Both the position numbers and the translations under genes were made by a program. From the IMG/VR virus record IMGVR_UViG_3300043411_002794, positions 96,001 through 160,000 of that record: a stretch of DNA of 64,000 nt. The stretch is one strand, 5' to 3'. The stretch is from a virus. The notes below the pieces were generated by a model. The model did not search any database. It saw nothing but the letters and a program-made list of their open reading frames with translations, and was not told the DNA's origin. The first letter of the stretch is position 1; each line of letters begins with the position of its first letter. This document shows, one piece after another, positions 49,531 to 58,185 of this stretch.

Positions 49531-50130
49531 TTAGTAGGTCGTGCCCGGGAGGTGGTAGGTCCAGTACGCGAGCGTACCGATCCGGTTGTGGTTGAGGTGT
49601 TCGCCCGTGGAGACGATACCGCAAACCGCATTGGTGAAGGCAACCACGGCGCCGCCGCCGCTCTTCTGGTTGGTGAGGACGCCGGCGTAATCTTCGGCCG
49701 CTTCGAGCACGCCCTGACGTGCGGTCAACAACTCGTTGACGGCATAGGTCTGGTCCGCGTCGTATTCGGTCGATTCGATTTCGTAGCCGGCCGTGTGGAC
49801 CAAGCCCGTCAATTCACCACCCGGCATCACGGCCTTGTGCATGAAGTTACCGGCGTTGGTCGTGCCGGCGTTGTTGACGTCGAAATCGGCCGAGCCGTTG
49901 ATGAGGGTCAGCGCCGGACCGGTCGCGTGACAGCCGGGCTTGAAGTAGCTGGTCGGCTTGCCGTTGTCGTCGACATCGACTTCCGCGACGTGGACAATGC
50001 GTCCCGCCGGGAGATCGAATTCGACGTCGTCGTGGAGCTTGGCCTGGAAGTCGAGGGCGGCCATGTCGAACCAGCCCTTCTTCACGTCGATGCCATGCTC
50101 GAACATCAGGTCGGGAAGTTTACGTGCCAT
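49531..50130 (-). CDS. Capsid decoration / cement protein, 199 aa
   Basis: Immediately upstream of the MCP; AAGGAGG RBS; YEIESTEY...YAVNELLTA...VCGIVS beta-tulip-like pattern. Confidence 0.7.
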   Translation of the reverse strand: MARKLPDLMFEHGIDVKKGWFDMAALDFQAKLHDDVEFDLPAGRIVHVAEVDVDDNGKPTSYFKPGCHATGPALTLINGSADFDVNNAGTTNAGNFMHKAVMPGGELTGLVHTAGYEIESTEYDADQTYAVNELLTARQGVLEAAEDYAGVLTNQKSGGGAVVAFTNAVCGIVSTGEHLNHNRIGTLAYWTYHLPGTTY

Positions 50131-50207
50131 GAGGGTGAACCTCCTTGTTCACAAAATCAAATCAAAACGTGGACGATCGGTACTTGAACGGACGCAGGGG
50201 GCAGGAA

Positions 50208-50609
50208 CTATTCGGACGGTGGGACGAGGCCGAGGCCTACCCACAAACGACGATCGGCTTCCGAGAGTCCGCCGCGTCGCGACGTACCACCGGCTGCAGC
50301 CGTCTTTTCGCTATCGATCGGGGTGCCGAGCGACTGCTTCTCGGCGGTGTTGCGATGCTCGGCAAGCTTGGTCAGGAGCTGGAGCACCTGAACCGGGTTT
50401 TCGAGCACCTTGGCACATTTTTCGGCTTCGGAGGGGTCGATCCGCTCGTGCTTCACGAGGGCGGCGACACACGCCGGGATCAAAGCCTTGCAGTCAGCGG
50501 CTTGCTTCTCCATCGCGGTTTGCGCGGCGGCAGCAAGCTTGACGGCCTGATTCGAAAAGCCGACGAGATCGACGATGTCTCGTTCGATCTCAGGGGTTGC
50601 CGTGGGCAT
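50208..50609 (-). CDS. Small helical head/scaffold-associated protein, about 133 aa
   Basis: GGAGAG before MPTATPE; KLAA, KQAA, KTAA motifs. Confidence 0.7.
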   Translation of the reverse strand: MPTATPEIERDIVDLVGFSNQAVKLAAAAQTAMEKQAADCKALIPACVAALVKHERIDPSEAEKCAKVLENPVQVLQLLTKLAEHRNTAEKQSLGTPIDSEKTAAAGGTSRRGGLSEADRRLWVGLGLVPPSE

Positions 50610-50686
50610 GTCAAACTCTCCCTGTCTGTAGCAGGCCAAAAATTAAAAGTAACGGAACGGCTTCCTGCCGTAGGCGAGCGGACCCG

Positions 50687-51994
50687 CTAGCTGCGGATCA
50701 TCTCGAGGATTTGTCGCTTCATCAGGTCACGCATGGTACGCGCTTCCTTGGTGGCGGCGGCCTTCATTTGAAAGCGACCGCTCAGCATGAAGTTGCGAGC
50801 CAAGCTGGCGACCTTCATCGGATCGCCCATCGGCGGAGCACCCGCCATGGCAGGATCGGCAGCGGGCGGCATCGCGCCCGGACCACCGGCGCCCGGAGCG
50901 CCGCCCAGGCCCATGTCGCCGCCCGGAGGCGGAGCCATTTCGCCACCCGCACCACCGGCACCTTGTCCGGCTTGGGCGAGCATTTCCGGCGTAATGCCGA
51001 GTTCCATCAGGGCCGCAACGAGTTCTTGCAGGGCGGCTTCGTCGCCGCCTCCGCCCGCACCCGGAGCACCGCCCGGAGCACCGCCGCCCATAGCACCGGC
51101 TAAGCCGGCCATGTCGGCAGGAGGTCCGGCGTCGCCGGCGGGAGCACCGCCGCCCGCACCCGGAGCACCTTCACCACCACCGGCACCCGATCCGCCGGCT
51201 TCTTCGCCGCCGCCGGGGTTGGTGTGGTCTTCGCCTTCGGCTTCCGCTTCATCGGCGGCGAGCTTTTGGTAGAACCCGCCGAGCAAGTCGGCACGTTCGT
51301 AGGCTTCGTTGATGCTGTTTTCGATGACGTCCTCGACGAGGCCGACAGCCGCCGTCTTGTCGAGACCGATGCTGGCGGCCAGGTCGTAACCGGCCAAGAT
51401 GTTCACCGCGGTTTCGGCGGACGCGGCTGCAGGAGCCGCAGCCGTCTTTGCGGCCGGTGCCGCCGCGGGCTTCGCGGCCGGAGCTGCAGCCGTCTTGCGG
51501 GTGTAGCCCAGCGCGACGTCGGCGAGCAACTTGTTGCCGAGAGCGATGACCTTTTCGCTCGCTTGCTTGAAGTTGGCACTACCGTACTTCTGGCCGTCTT
51601 CGGTCGTGGCCGGATGGCTGGTGCCCGGGTCGTCCTTCTTGTCCTTGTAATTGTCTTCGACCGACGGATCATCGCCCGGCATCGACTGGGACATGCCCAG
51701 GTTCAGCGAGTTGTCCTTGTCGGCGCCCGGCGATGCGTCGGCGGTGCTGTCGACGCTTAGAGCACCTTGCTGTTTCTTGACGTCGGCGGTGTTTTCACTC
51801 GACCGTTCGCCTTCGGATGCGGCTTGGGCACCGTTGTCGGCGGAAGCCGTCGGGTGCGAACTCGAGCCGCCTTGGTAGCCGGGGTCGGCAGGCGTCGGTC
51901 CAGCAACTTTCGTCTGGCCGGCAGCTGCCTGCTTTTCAGTGATAATCTCGCTGGCCATCGTGCGGAAGGCAGCGAACAGTTCGGTCTTCGCCAT
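50687..51994 (-). CDS. Scaffold-like, largely disordered head protein, about 435 aa
   Basis: AAGGAG before MAKTELF; follows the protease; Ala/Gly/Pro/Asp-rich with about 10 KxA[ASG] motifs. Confidence 0.7.
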   Translation of the reverse strand: MAKTELFAAFRTMASEIITEKQAAAGQTKVAGPTPADPGYQGGSSSHPTASADNGAQAASEGERSSENTADVKKQQGALSVDSTADASPGADKDNSLNLGMSQSMPGDDPSVEDNYKDKKDDPGTSHPATTEDGQKYGSANFKQASEKVIALGNKLLADVALGYTRKTAAAPAAKPAAAPAAKTAAAPAAASAETAVNILAGYDLAASIGLDKTAAVGLVEDVIENSINEAYERADLLGGFYQKLAADEAEAEGEDHTNPGGGEEAGGSGAGGGEGAPGAGGGAPAGDAGPPADMAGLAGAMGGGAPGGAPGAGGGGDEAALQELVAALMELGITPEMLAQAGQGAGGAGGEMAPPPGGDMGLGGAPGAGGPGAMPPAADPAMAGAPPMGDPMKVASLARNFMLSGRFQMKAAATKEARTMRDLMKRQILEMIRS

Positions 51995-52046
51995 CGTAGC
52001 GTCACTCCTTGACTTGGCGTGGCAGCACTTCTCCAGGCACTGCACC

Positions 52047-54641
52047 TCAACGGGCGTGATTGTGCAGTGAAACTCGTTGTGCTGTCAACGGGAAGTCGTG
52101 TGAAGGGTTCGGAATACTTTGCAAGAACGCGAGTTGGTAGAGGCAGTACTGCTTCGCCAACTCTGCAGCCGGTCCGCCGACTGCAGCAAGTTTTTCGGCC
52201 TGCTGCACATCACCTCGCTGGATCCGCTCGTTGCGGAAAGCAGCCAGGTGCAAGCGCCGCGTGAAATGCGGCTCCGCCAAGGAAATGGCGGAAGCCTGTT
52301 TTTCGGCCCAAAAATGCAGATCCTGAGTCGCCGACGGGGCCGGCGAGTAGGGATTTGTTTGGAGCATGCTCGGCAGGTTTTGATCCTGCGTCATCCGCGT
52401 GAAGGCGCACGGCAAGTAGCACGTGACGACGTCCGCCACGGCGGCCGCTTGCTTCTCGTCGTAGTCGGTGACGAGCCGCACGAAATCGCGCGGCGTCAGC
52501 ATGCAGCGGATGTCGGCCAAGGCACGGAGCACTTGAGCAAATTTTTCACGGCCGCCGGGCGGCATGGCGATCGGCGGCTGCACGCTGGCGGCGAACGCTA
52601 ATTTCGCGTTCTCGGCGGACGTGGTTTGTTCCAGGTCGGCCATCCGGAAGGCCAGCTTCAGGAGCTCGGCCGTCTTGGCGGGCAGCTCCTGCTCGATCAT
52701 GAGGGTGTACGGGACCGTCAGACCCAAGGCTTCCGCCAACTCGGCGCCGGAGACGACGTGCCCGGCTGAAGCGGCCTTTTGCAGGACGCCGGAAACGTAG
52801 GCAATGCGATCGGCGGGCCGGAAAACGTGGCTGATGTCGAAGAAGGTCGGCTCGGTGTTGTCGGCATGCAGTTGGTGCGTGTCGCCGTCAACCTGTACCG
52901 TCCGGCCGATGTTCTTGCTGAGGCCGCCTGCCTTGCAGAGACCGCCGTCAGCGACGTCGTGGCAGTACTGGTTACGCGTCGGAGCTTGGTTGCCGCAGTA
53001 CGAGCAAACATCGAAGGGTACGCGGCAGTTATGCACGGCTAGGCCGAACGCCGTAAAGCTCTCATCTTCTTCGACGGAAATGTCGTAAACGGGCGTGCGT
53101 TCGACGACCGTGGTTACAGCCTTGACCGGGATCGCCAAGTAGTCACCGGTGATGAACACCGTTGTTTTGCCGGTCTGCGTCGCGCGTACCGCCGCCTTGG
53201 AGCGTCCGGCAAACATGCCGGAGAACCGATTGGAGACGTTGATCGTGTACTCGATTCCGTCGCCGGTCCGCAGCAGGCCGTGCGGTAGGTCGCTCGTGTG
53301 ATCGATACGATAGACGGACGCCGGGATACCGATCGACGCAAGCAGCATCTGCAGTTCGATGGAAAGCCCGCGAGAGCACGTACTCCAATGGAGTCCTTTC
53401 CCGTCTTGCCAACCGTCGCCGTTGAACCAGGCGGCAACGAACTCCAGCTTGATGTCAGCCGTCGCGTCGTAGATTTCCTGCGGAATGACCTTGTTGCGGA
53501 CGCCGCAACCGACTGCGGCAGTGATCGTCGACGTCAGCGGCTTGTCGTACACCATGACGTTGATCGCTTCGTCCGATGCCGAATGCGGATTTTCGCTGAT
53601 CGACGCAGTCGTCAACTGCGGCAGTTCTTCAGGCAACGCGTCGGCCTTGTTGCACGTGTAGCAGAGGTAGCCGTCGCCGGTTCGGGAGCCTTCGGCGACG
53701 TAGTACCCGAGTAGGCGGGCCCGCTTGACGTCGGTCGTAGCGCTGCCGTCGCCGCGATAGATCGGCATCAACAACAAATCGCCGGACGCGAGTTCGCCGC
53801 ACGGAAGCCAGCGAGCGCTGGCGTGCAACTGGTCGCGATATTTTTTCCGGAAATTGCGGCTGAAGCCGCTACGGTCCGCCGAGCGGAGCCCATTACGCGA
53901 CTTTGATCGCGGGATGTCTTTCCACCGACCGACGTAGAACTCGTGATCCGGCGTAAATTCCAGGACCTGCCGGCCGTAATACTCCGTTTCGATGCGTACG
54001 AAGCTCGGCTTCTCTCGCTGCATTGCCGCGTAGACCGGACGGTAGCGTCCGCGATGCGTGAGGACCTCGTCGCCAGGTACGATCGCCTCCACCGGAGTAA
54101 AGCCGCGACGGAGTTTGACGAGCGTACCGGCCAGCGCACACGCCATCGAGACGGCGATATCGTCGCCACGGGCCAGCTTTTCCATTTCACGATCGGCGAG
54201 CAGGCCACCATTGCGTTCGGCGGCTTCTTTGGTCGCATTGAGGGCGCAGATCAGCTCCACGCGGCTCATCGGCTCGTGGTAGGCCGAGAGCTTCACGATG
54301 CCGTAGCTCTTGGACGGATCTTTGTTGAGGTGGTCGCGGTAGAAGCGGCCGTATTTCACGAACGTCGGATGCGTCCGTCGCAGAGCGGCTTCACGGAAAC
54401 CGTCGCCGTTACGGTTCATGCCGAACTTTTCGGTCGAACCGACGGCCAACAGGTGGATCAGCTCTTCGCCGGGATCTCGCGGGATCTTGTCGAGCTCGTA
54501 AAGGAACTGCGCACCGGCACGCTTCTCGAGTAACGAGCGATCGTTCCCGATAAGACGGCCGCGACTGCCGCGCTTGATCAGCGTCGCGACGACGTCACCG
54601 AACTCTTGGGAACCCGGCGTGATGATTTTCAGAATGCTCAT
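52047..54641 (-). CDS. Prohead (maturation) protease with Zn-binding motif, interrupted by an intein; 864-aa precursor, 493 aa spliced
   Basis: NRNGDGF, YRDHLNKD, VSMA|CRVPFDVCSYCGN after splicing, FFDISHVFRPADRIA; position upstream of scaffold and MCP. Confidence 0.8.
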   Translation of the reverse strand: MSILKIITPGSQEFGDVVATLIKRGSRGRLIGNDRSLLEKRAGAQFLYELDKIPRDPGEELIHLLAVGSTEKFGMNRNGDGFREAALRRTHPTFVKYGRFYRDHLNKDPSKSYGIVKLSAYHEPMSRVELICALNATKEAAERNGGLLADREMEKLARGDDIAVSMACALAGTLVKLRRGFTPVEAIVPGDEVLTHRGRYRPVYAAMQREKPSFVRIETEYYGRQVLEFTPDHEFYVGRWKDIPRSKSRNGLRSADRSGFSRNFRKKYRDQLHASARWLPCGELASGDLLLMPIYRGDGSATTDVKRARLLGYYVAEGSRTGDGYLCYTCNKADALPEELPQLTTASISENPHSASDEAINVMVYDKPLTSTITAAVGCGVRNKVIPQEIYDATADIKLEFVAAWFNGDGWQDGKGLHWSTCSRGLSIELQMLLASIGIPASVYRIDHTSDLPHGLLRTGDGIEYTINVSNRFSGMFAGRSKAAVRATQTGKTTVFITGDYLAIPVKAVTTVVERTPVYDISVEEDESFTAFGLAVHNCRVPFDVCSYCGNQAPTRNQYCHDVADGGLCKAGGLSKNIGRTVQVDGDTHQLHADNTEPTFFDISHVFRPADRIAYVSGVLQKAASAGHVVSGAELAEALGLTVPYTLMIEQELPAKTAELLKLAFRMADLEQTTSAENAKLAFAASVQPPIAMPPGGREKFAQVLRALADIRCMLTPRDFVRLVTDYDEKQAAAVADVVTCYLPCAFTRMTQDQNLPSMLQTNPYSPAPSATQDLHFWAEKQASAISLAEPHFTRRLHLAAFRNERIQRGDVQQAEKLAAVGGPAAELAKQYCLYQLAFLQSIPNPSHDFPLTAQRVSLHNHAR
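53028..54140 (-). mobile_element. Intein with LAGLIDADG homing endonuclease, 371 aa
   Basis: Block A CALAGTLV, block B LEFTPDHEFYV, blocks C/E LLGYYVAEG and FVAAWFNGDG, block F VYDISVEEDESF, terminal VHN followed by Cys+1. Confidence 0.95.
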
Positions 54642-55489
54642 TGTTTAGCGTCCCCGCGTCCTGGCACGAGTCCTTCGTAAGATTGGTGGCCGGCGGCGGC
54701 ACCTGCCAGCGTGCCGATCAGTCGCGGCAAAATGAACTTCAGAATGCCGGTCCGTTTTCCGACTGCTGGTAGCGGGGCGCCCTTCGCGGCTACGGCCTTT
54801 ACAGCATCCGGCGTAATTTTCGGAGTACCCTTCGGCATATTGATCCAGTGTCGGCCGATGCCTCCGGCACGCGATCCTGCGTACAAACCAACGGCACCGC
54901 CGATCGCCGACATTACGCCTTGCGGCATGGTCGTGTCTGCGATGCTGAGCGCCGTACGTTGCACGGAACCCGGCACGTTCGGATCGTTAGCGATGCCGTA
55001 CCCCAGGCTTTTCACGACATTTGGCGATGTGTCTGCAGCTGCGTCGGCTTGTTCGCCTGTTGCGTGCACTCGCTCCCGTAACGCATCCAGCTTGGACGGC
55101 TGGGCGCCGAGCCCGTTGAAATCTTCTTGGAAGACGGCCGGAGCGGCGGCATTGCCGCTGTTGACGAGGTGCCGCCAGGCCAGCGTACCGCCGCCACCCA
55201 ACATGCCGCCCAGCATCGCCTTGTCGAGGATCTTGCTGTAGTTGCGTTCCTTTTCCGGCCGGTTCAGTTCGCTGACGCCACCGGCGATGCCGCCCGCACC
55301 AAGTCCGATGAGAGCGTTACGAAGCGTCTCGGCCGTGACGTTGGGCGTACCGTTCGCGTGGACCGGATTCTGCAACGACGCAAAGATGCCGCCGCCGGCA
55401 AGCTTCGTGAATTCGAGTTGATGCGTGAGCACGGCCGCCGCAGCCTGCGGCGAGTACCGACTATACGCCAGCGCGTCCGAGACTTGCAC
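54638..55489 (-). CDS. Glycine-zipper-like hydrophobic protein (candidate internal/ejection protein), 283 aa
   Basis: Four Gly/Ala-rich hydrophobic segments (ALIGLGAGGIAGG, AMLGGMLGGGG, AIGGAVGLYAG, LIGTLAGAAAG). Confidence 0.65.
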   Translation of the reverse strand: MQVSDALAYSRYSPQAAAAVLTHQLEFTKLAGGGIFASLQNPVHANGTPNVTAETLRNALIGLGAGGIAGGVSELNRPEKERNYSKILDKAMLGGMLGGGGTLAWRHLVNSGNAAAPAVFQEDFNGLGAQPSKLDALRERVHATGEQADAAADTSPNVVKSLGYGIANDPNVPGSVQRTALSIADTTMPQGVMSAIGGAVGLYAGSRAGGIGRHWINMPKGTPKITPDAVKAVAAKGAPLPAVGKRTGILKFILPRLIGTLAGAAAGHQSYEGLVPGRGDAKQ

Positions 55490-56789
55490 TGGGCACCTCG
55501 TTGACTTGTCGCAATTTGTTTTCCGAACCCAGCAGTTGGTCGATGTCGAAGTCCGCCAAGCGACCCTGCTGCAAGTACTTGGCGAGTGCGGCGCGCATGG
55601 CGGCCGGTTGTTCGGACAACCGCGGGGCCATCGTGGTGATCTCGTTGAACCGGCCCATCACCTGGTCCTGCGGATAGCCGCTAATGACGTCGTCCTCGGT
55701 CATCAGATTCTGCAGCATCGACTGCAGGCGGATGTTGCGTAAATCGGCTTCGTGCTGAGGATCCGTGAGATCCTTCAGCACGCTGTTGACGGCATCGGTG
55801 TTCGGTGCCGACACCGAGTTGGCGATGCTGTCGATGATGTTCTTACCGTAATTCCCGGCCACGTTTTGAGTGAACGGCGAGCCCCAGAAGTTGGCTCGCT
55901 TGACGTCCTCACCCAAGATGGATCGTGTCCGGGGTTCTGCGAAAGGGCGGAGGGCGTCCGCAGCCCGCGCCTCCAGTTCCGGCTGTGCGTGATCGTAGGC
56001 CGCTTGCTTTTCGGCATAGCGATCCAGTTGGGCGAACACTGCCTCCAGCAACGGGAAAGCCCCGCCGCGCGCCGGTCGCAGCAGCTTGTCGGAAGCCTGC
56101 TTGGCCAGGTGCGGGTGAGCCTCGACCAGCATGCCGCAGACCTGCTCGGCCTTGCGGCCGTGCAGCATGGCAGCCTTCTCCCGGAACCAGCCGAAAGGCA
56201 CGGCGCCGGTGGTCATGAAGTACTGGCCCAGGTCGTCCATCCGGGCGAGCAGCCGATCGTAAGCCGCCGACTTTTCGCGGCGAACCTCATCCAGCTCGCG
56301 CTTGGCTCGCTCGGCCGTCGCGTAAGCCTTGCGAATGCTGAACTCTTCGTCGGCCGGCAGCGGAGCCGGTTTCGGGCACAACGGCGGCAGCGTAACGGTC
56401 GCGGCTGCTCGCTTCTCTTCGTCGGCCGCTTTGTGGGCGAGAATCGTGGCCGGTCGCAGCATGTAATCCGGCGAGAGAACGCACTCCCGTCGCAACTGGG
56501 CAGCGGTCTTCGGTTGCGTCGGGTAGATGGTCTCCAACACGACGGCCGGATCCACGAGCGGGAAATCGGCAGCCTTTTCGAAGACGTCCGTACCGGCCAT
56601 CCGGTGGTGCGTTGTTTGCCCAGTGTTATACGCGCGGGCCAACATACTGATTTCGCCGGGACGCAGTTGGGCGGCAGTCGCCACCTTGATGACCGCGTCC
56701 GTCGGCGTGAGCCCGTCACCGACCAGCTCAGCGGTCTTTTCGACCGCCGCTAGCATTCGGGCCTCGGCATCCGTGCCAAGTGGTTTCAT
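55461..56789 (-). CDS. Helical head-module protein rich in KxA motifs, 442 aa
   Basis: ATGA-coupled; about 11 KxA motifs. Confidence 0.8.
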   Translation of the reverse strand: MKPLGTDAEARMLAAVEKTAELVGDGLTPTDAVIKVATAAQLRPGEISMLARAYNTGQTTHHRMAGTDVFEKAADFPLVDPAVVLETIYPTQPKTAAQLRRECVLSPDYMLRPATILAHKAADEEKRAAATVTLPPLCPKPAPLPADEEFSIRKAYATAERAKRELDEVRREKSAAYDRLLARMDDLGQYFMTTGAVPFGWFREKAAMLHGRKAEQVCGMLVEAHPHLAKQASDKLLRPARGGAFPLLEAVFAQLDRYAEKQAAYDHAQPELEARAADALRPFAEPRTRSILGEDVKRANFWGSPFTQNVAGNYGKNIIDSIANSVSAPNTDAVNSVLKDLTDPQHEADLRNIRLQSMLQNLMTEDDVISGYPQDQVMGRFNEITTMAPRLSEQPAAMRAALAKYLQQGRLADFDIDQLLGSENKLRQVNEVPSASLGRAGV

Positions 56790-57757
56790 TGTGACACTTG
56801 CTCCTCTGCGTTCTCGGTCGTCGGTTTCGTATGCTCAGGGAACGTCGTAGCCAACAACGCCTCTCGTTCCTTCAACTCTTCGCCGGTTCCGATCAACAAC
56901 AATTGATCGACCGTCAGTTCGACGGCCGACACATCGTAGTCGTAAGCCGGACCCGCCGGCGGCCCCGCCACGCCTGCCCGTTTCCACGGCAGCGACGTGA
57001 GGATGGTGTTGAGGTCCGAGATAACTTGATCTTGTACCTTGCCGGCCGATTCCGTGGTACGCTCGATTTCGACGAATTTTACGAATGTTGCCAGCAAATC
57101 GAGCTGCGTGTTCGTGTTGACGTCGACCGTCATGGCGGCCAAGGCGGCCTTTTTCTTGATCGTACTGAGGGCGGCTTCTTGGAAGAAGCTGGGGACGTGC
57201 TCTGGGTTGTTCACCCAGTTCGGCGTCGTCAACTTGCTCATAGCCGCGTCCAGCACGTGCGGGCCGCCGGCGTAGCCGAGCAGCTTCCAAATCATGCTGT
57301 AATTGCGTTCGCGGACGATCTCCTGCGTCTTATGGCCGAAAATCACCGAATTGACGTAGTCTTTGCGGTTCAAGTTCTCCCGCACGTCGAAAAACAGGGC
57401 CTCGTAGGCGTGCACGATTTCGACAGCACAATTGCTGTAAAAGCCGATGTTCGTCGGGGTGTCGCGGGCCATTACCCGGGCCTCGATGATCGCCTTCGCC
57501 GGGTGCTCCTGCTCCATGTACGCCCAGTGGGCCCAGAACAGGTCCGGCTCGTCCATCGCCAGCGACATCCGACTGAAGTCGTCCTGACAGGTGATGTACG
57601 CTTCCAGGTACGCAACCGTGCGATTGATCCACTTGTAGCCGTCCTTGCCGTCGCGACGTGCCGTCGTTCCCGGTTGGCGGCCTTCCACGATTCCCAGCGC
57701 GCGGCCCCAGCGCCAGTGCGGGGCACGCCACGGATTTGAACGGGCAAACTGCAGCAT
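56786..57757 (-). CDS. Hypothetical protein with possible HTH, 323 aa
   Basis: IIEARVMA....IGFYSNCAVEIVHAYEALFFDV resembles an HTH. A small-terminase-like role is only a guess. Confidence 0.7.
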   Translation of the reverse strand: MLQFARSNPWRAPHWRWGRALGIVEGRQPGTTARRDGKDGYKWINRTVAYLEAYITCQDDFSRMSLAMDEPDLFWAHWAYMEQEHPAKAIIEARVMARDTPTNIGFYSNCAVEIVHAYEALFFDVRENLNRKDYVNSVIFGHKTQEIVRERNYSMIWKLLGYAGGPHVLDAAMSKLTTPNWVNNPEHVPSFFQEAALSTIKKKAALAAMTVDVNTNTQLDLLATFVKFVEIERTTESAGKVQDQVISDLNTILTSLPWKRAGVAGPPAGPAYDYDVSAVELTVDQLLLIGTGEELKEREALLATTFPEHTKPTTENAEEQVSQ

Positions 57758-57779
57758 AGCTGGGTTTCTAATTACCGAA

Positions 57780-58172
57780 TTAGAACTGCGGCGGAGCCAT
57801 CGTCAGCGACAAGCTGATCGTTTTACTGCCGGTGCCAGTGGCGACGACGCGGGCGTAGAGCTTACGCACGTGATTGCACGCGTCGCCTTCGGTGTTTTTG
57901 TATTCGGTGAAAATGTCCCCGCTGGCAAACGTGTTGCCGGACAGGGTGAACTCTTTGATGAGCTTCATCATGTCGGGGTTGGCGGCGTCGACTTCGGCAG
58001 AGAACAGTTGCAGCGTCCCACCGACGCCGGACGCCCCGTCGCCGTTGACAATTACGGCGTTGAGCCGACGCAAGATCCCGCGATGCGGGTAGCCGAGCGT
58101 ATGCACCGACGCCGTGCCGCCGACAATCGCGATGTCGTCAAACTGACGGGTGTAAGGAGCAGCACAGCTCAC
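57780..58172 (-). CDS. Small beta-rich virion protein, 130 aa
   Basis: AGGAG before the GTG start; alternating beta-strand pattern. Confidence 0.7.
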   Translation of the reverse strand: MSCAAPYTRQFDDIAIVGGTASVHTLGYPHRGILRRLNAVIVNGDGASGVGGTLQLFSAEVDAANPDMMKLIKEFTLSGNTFASGDIFTEYKNTEGDACNHVRKLYARVVATGTGSKTISLSLTMAPPQF

Positions 58173-58185
58173 GATAAACTCCTAA

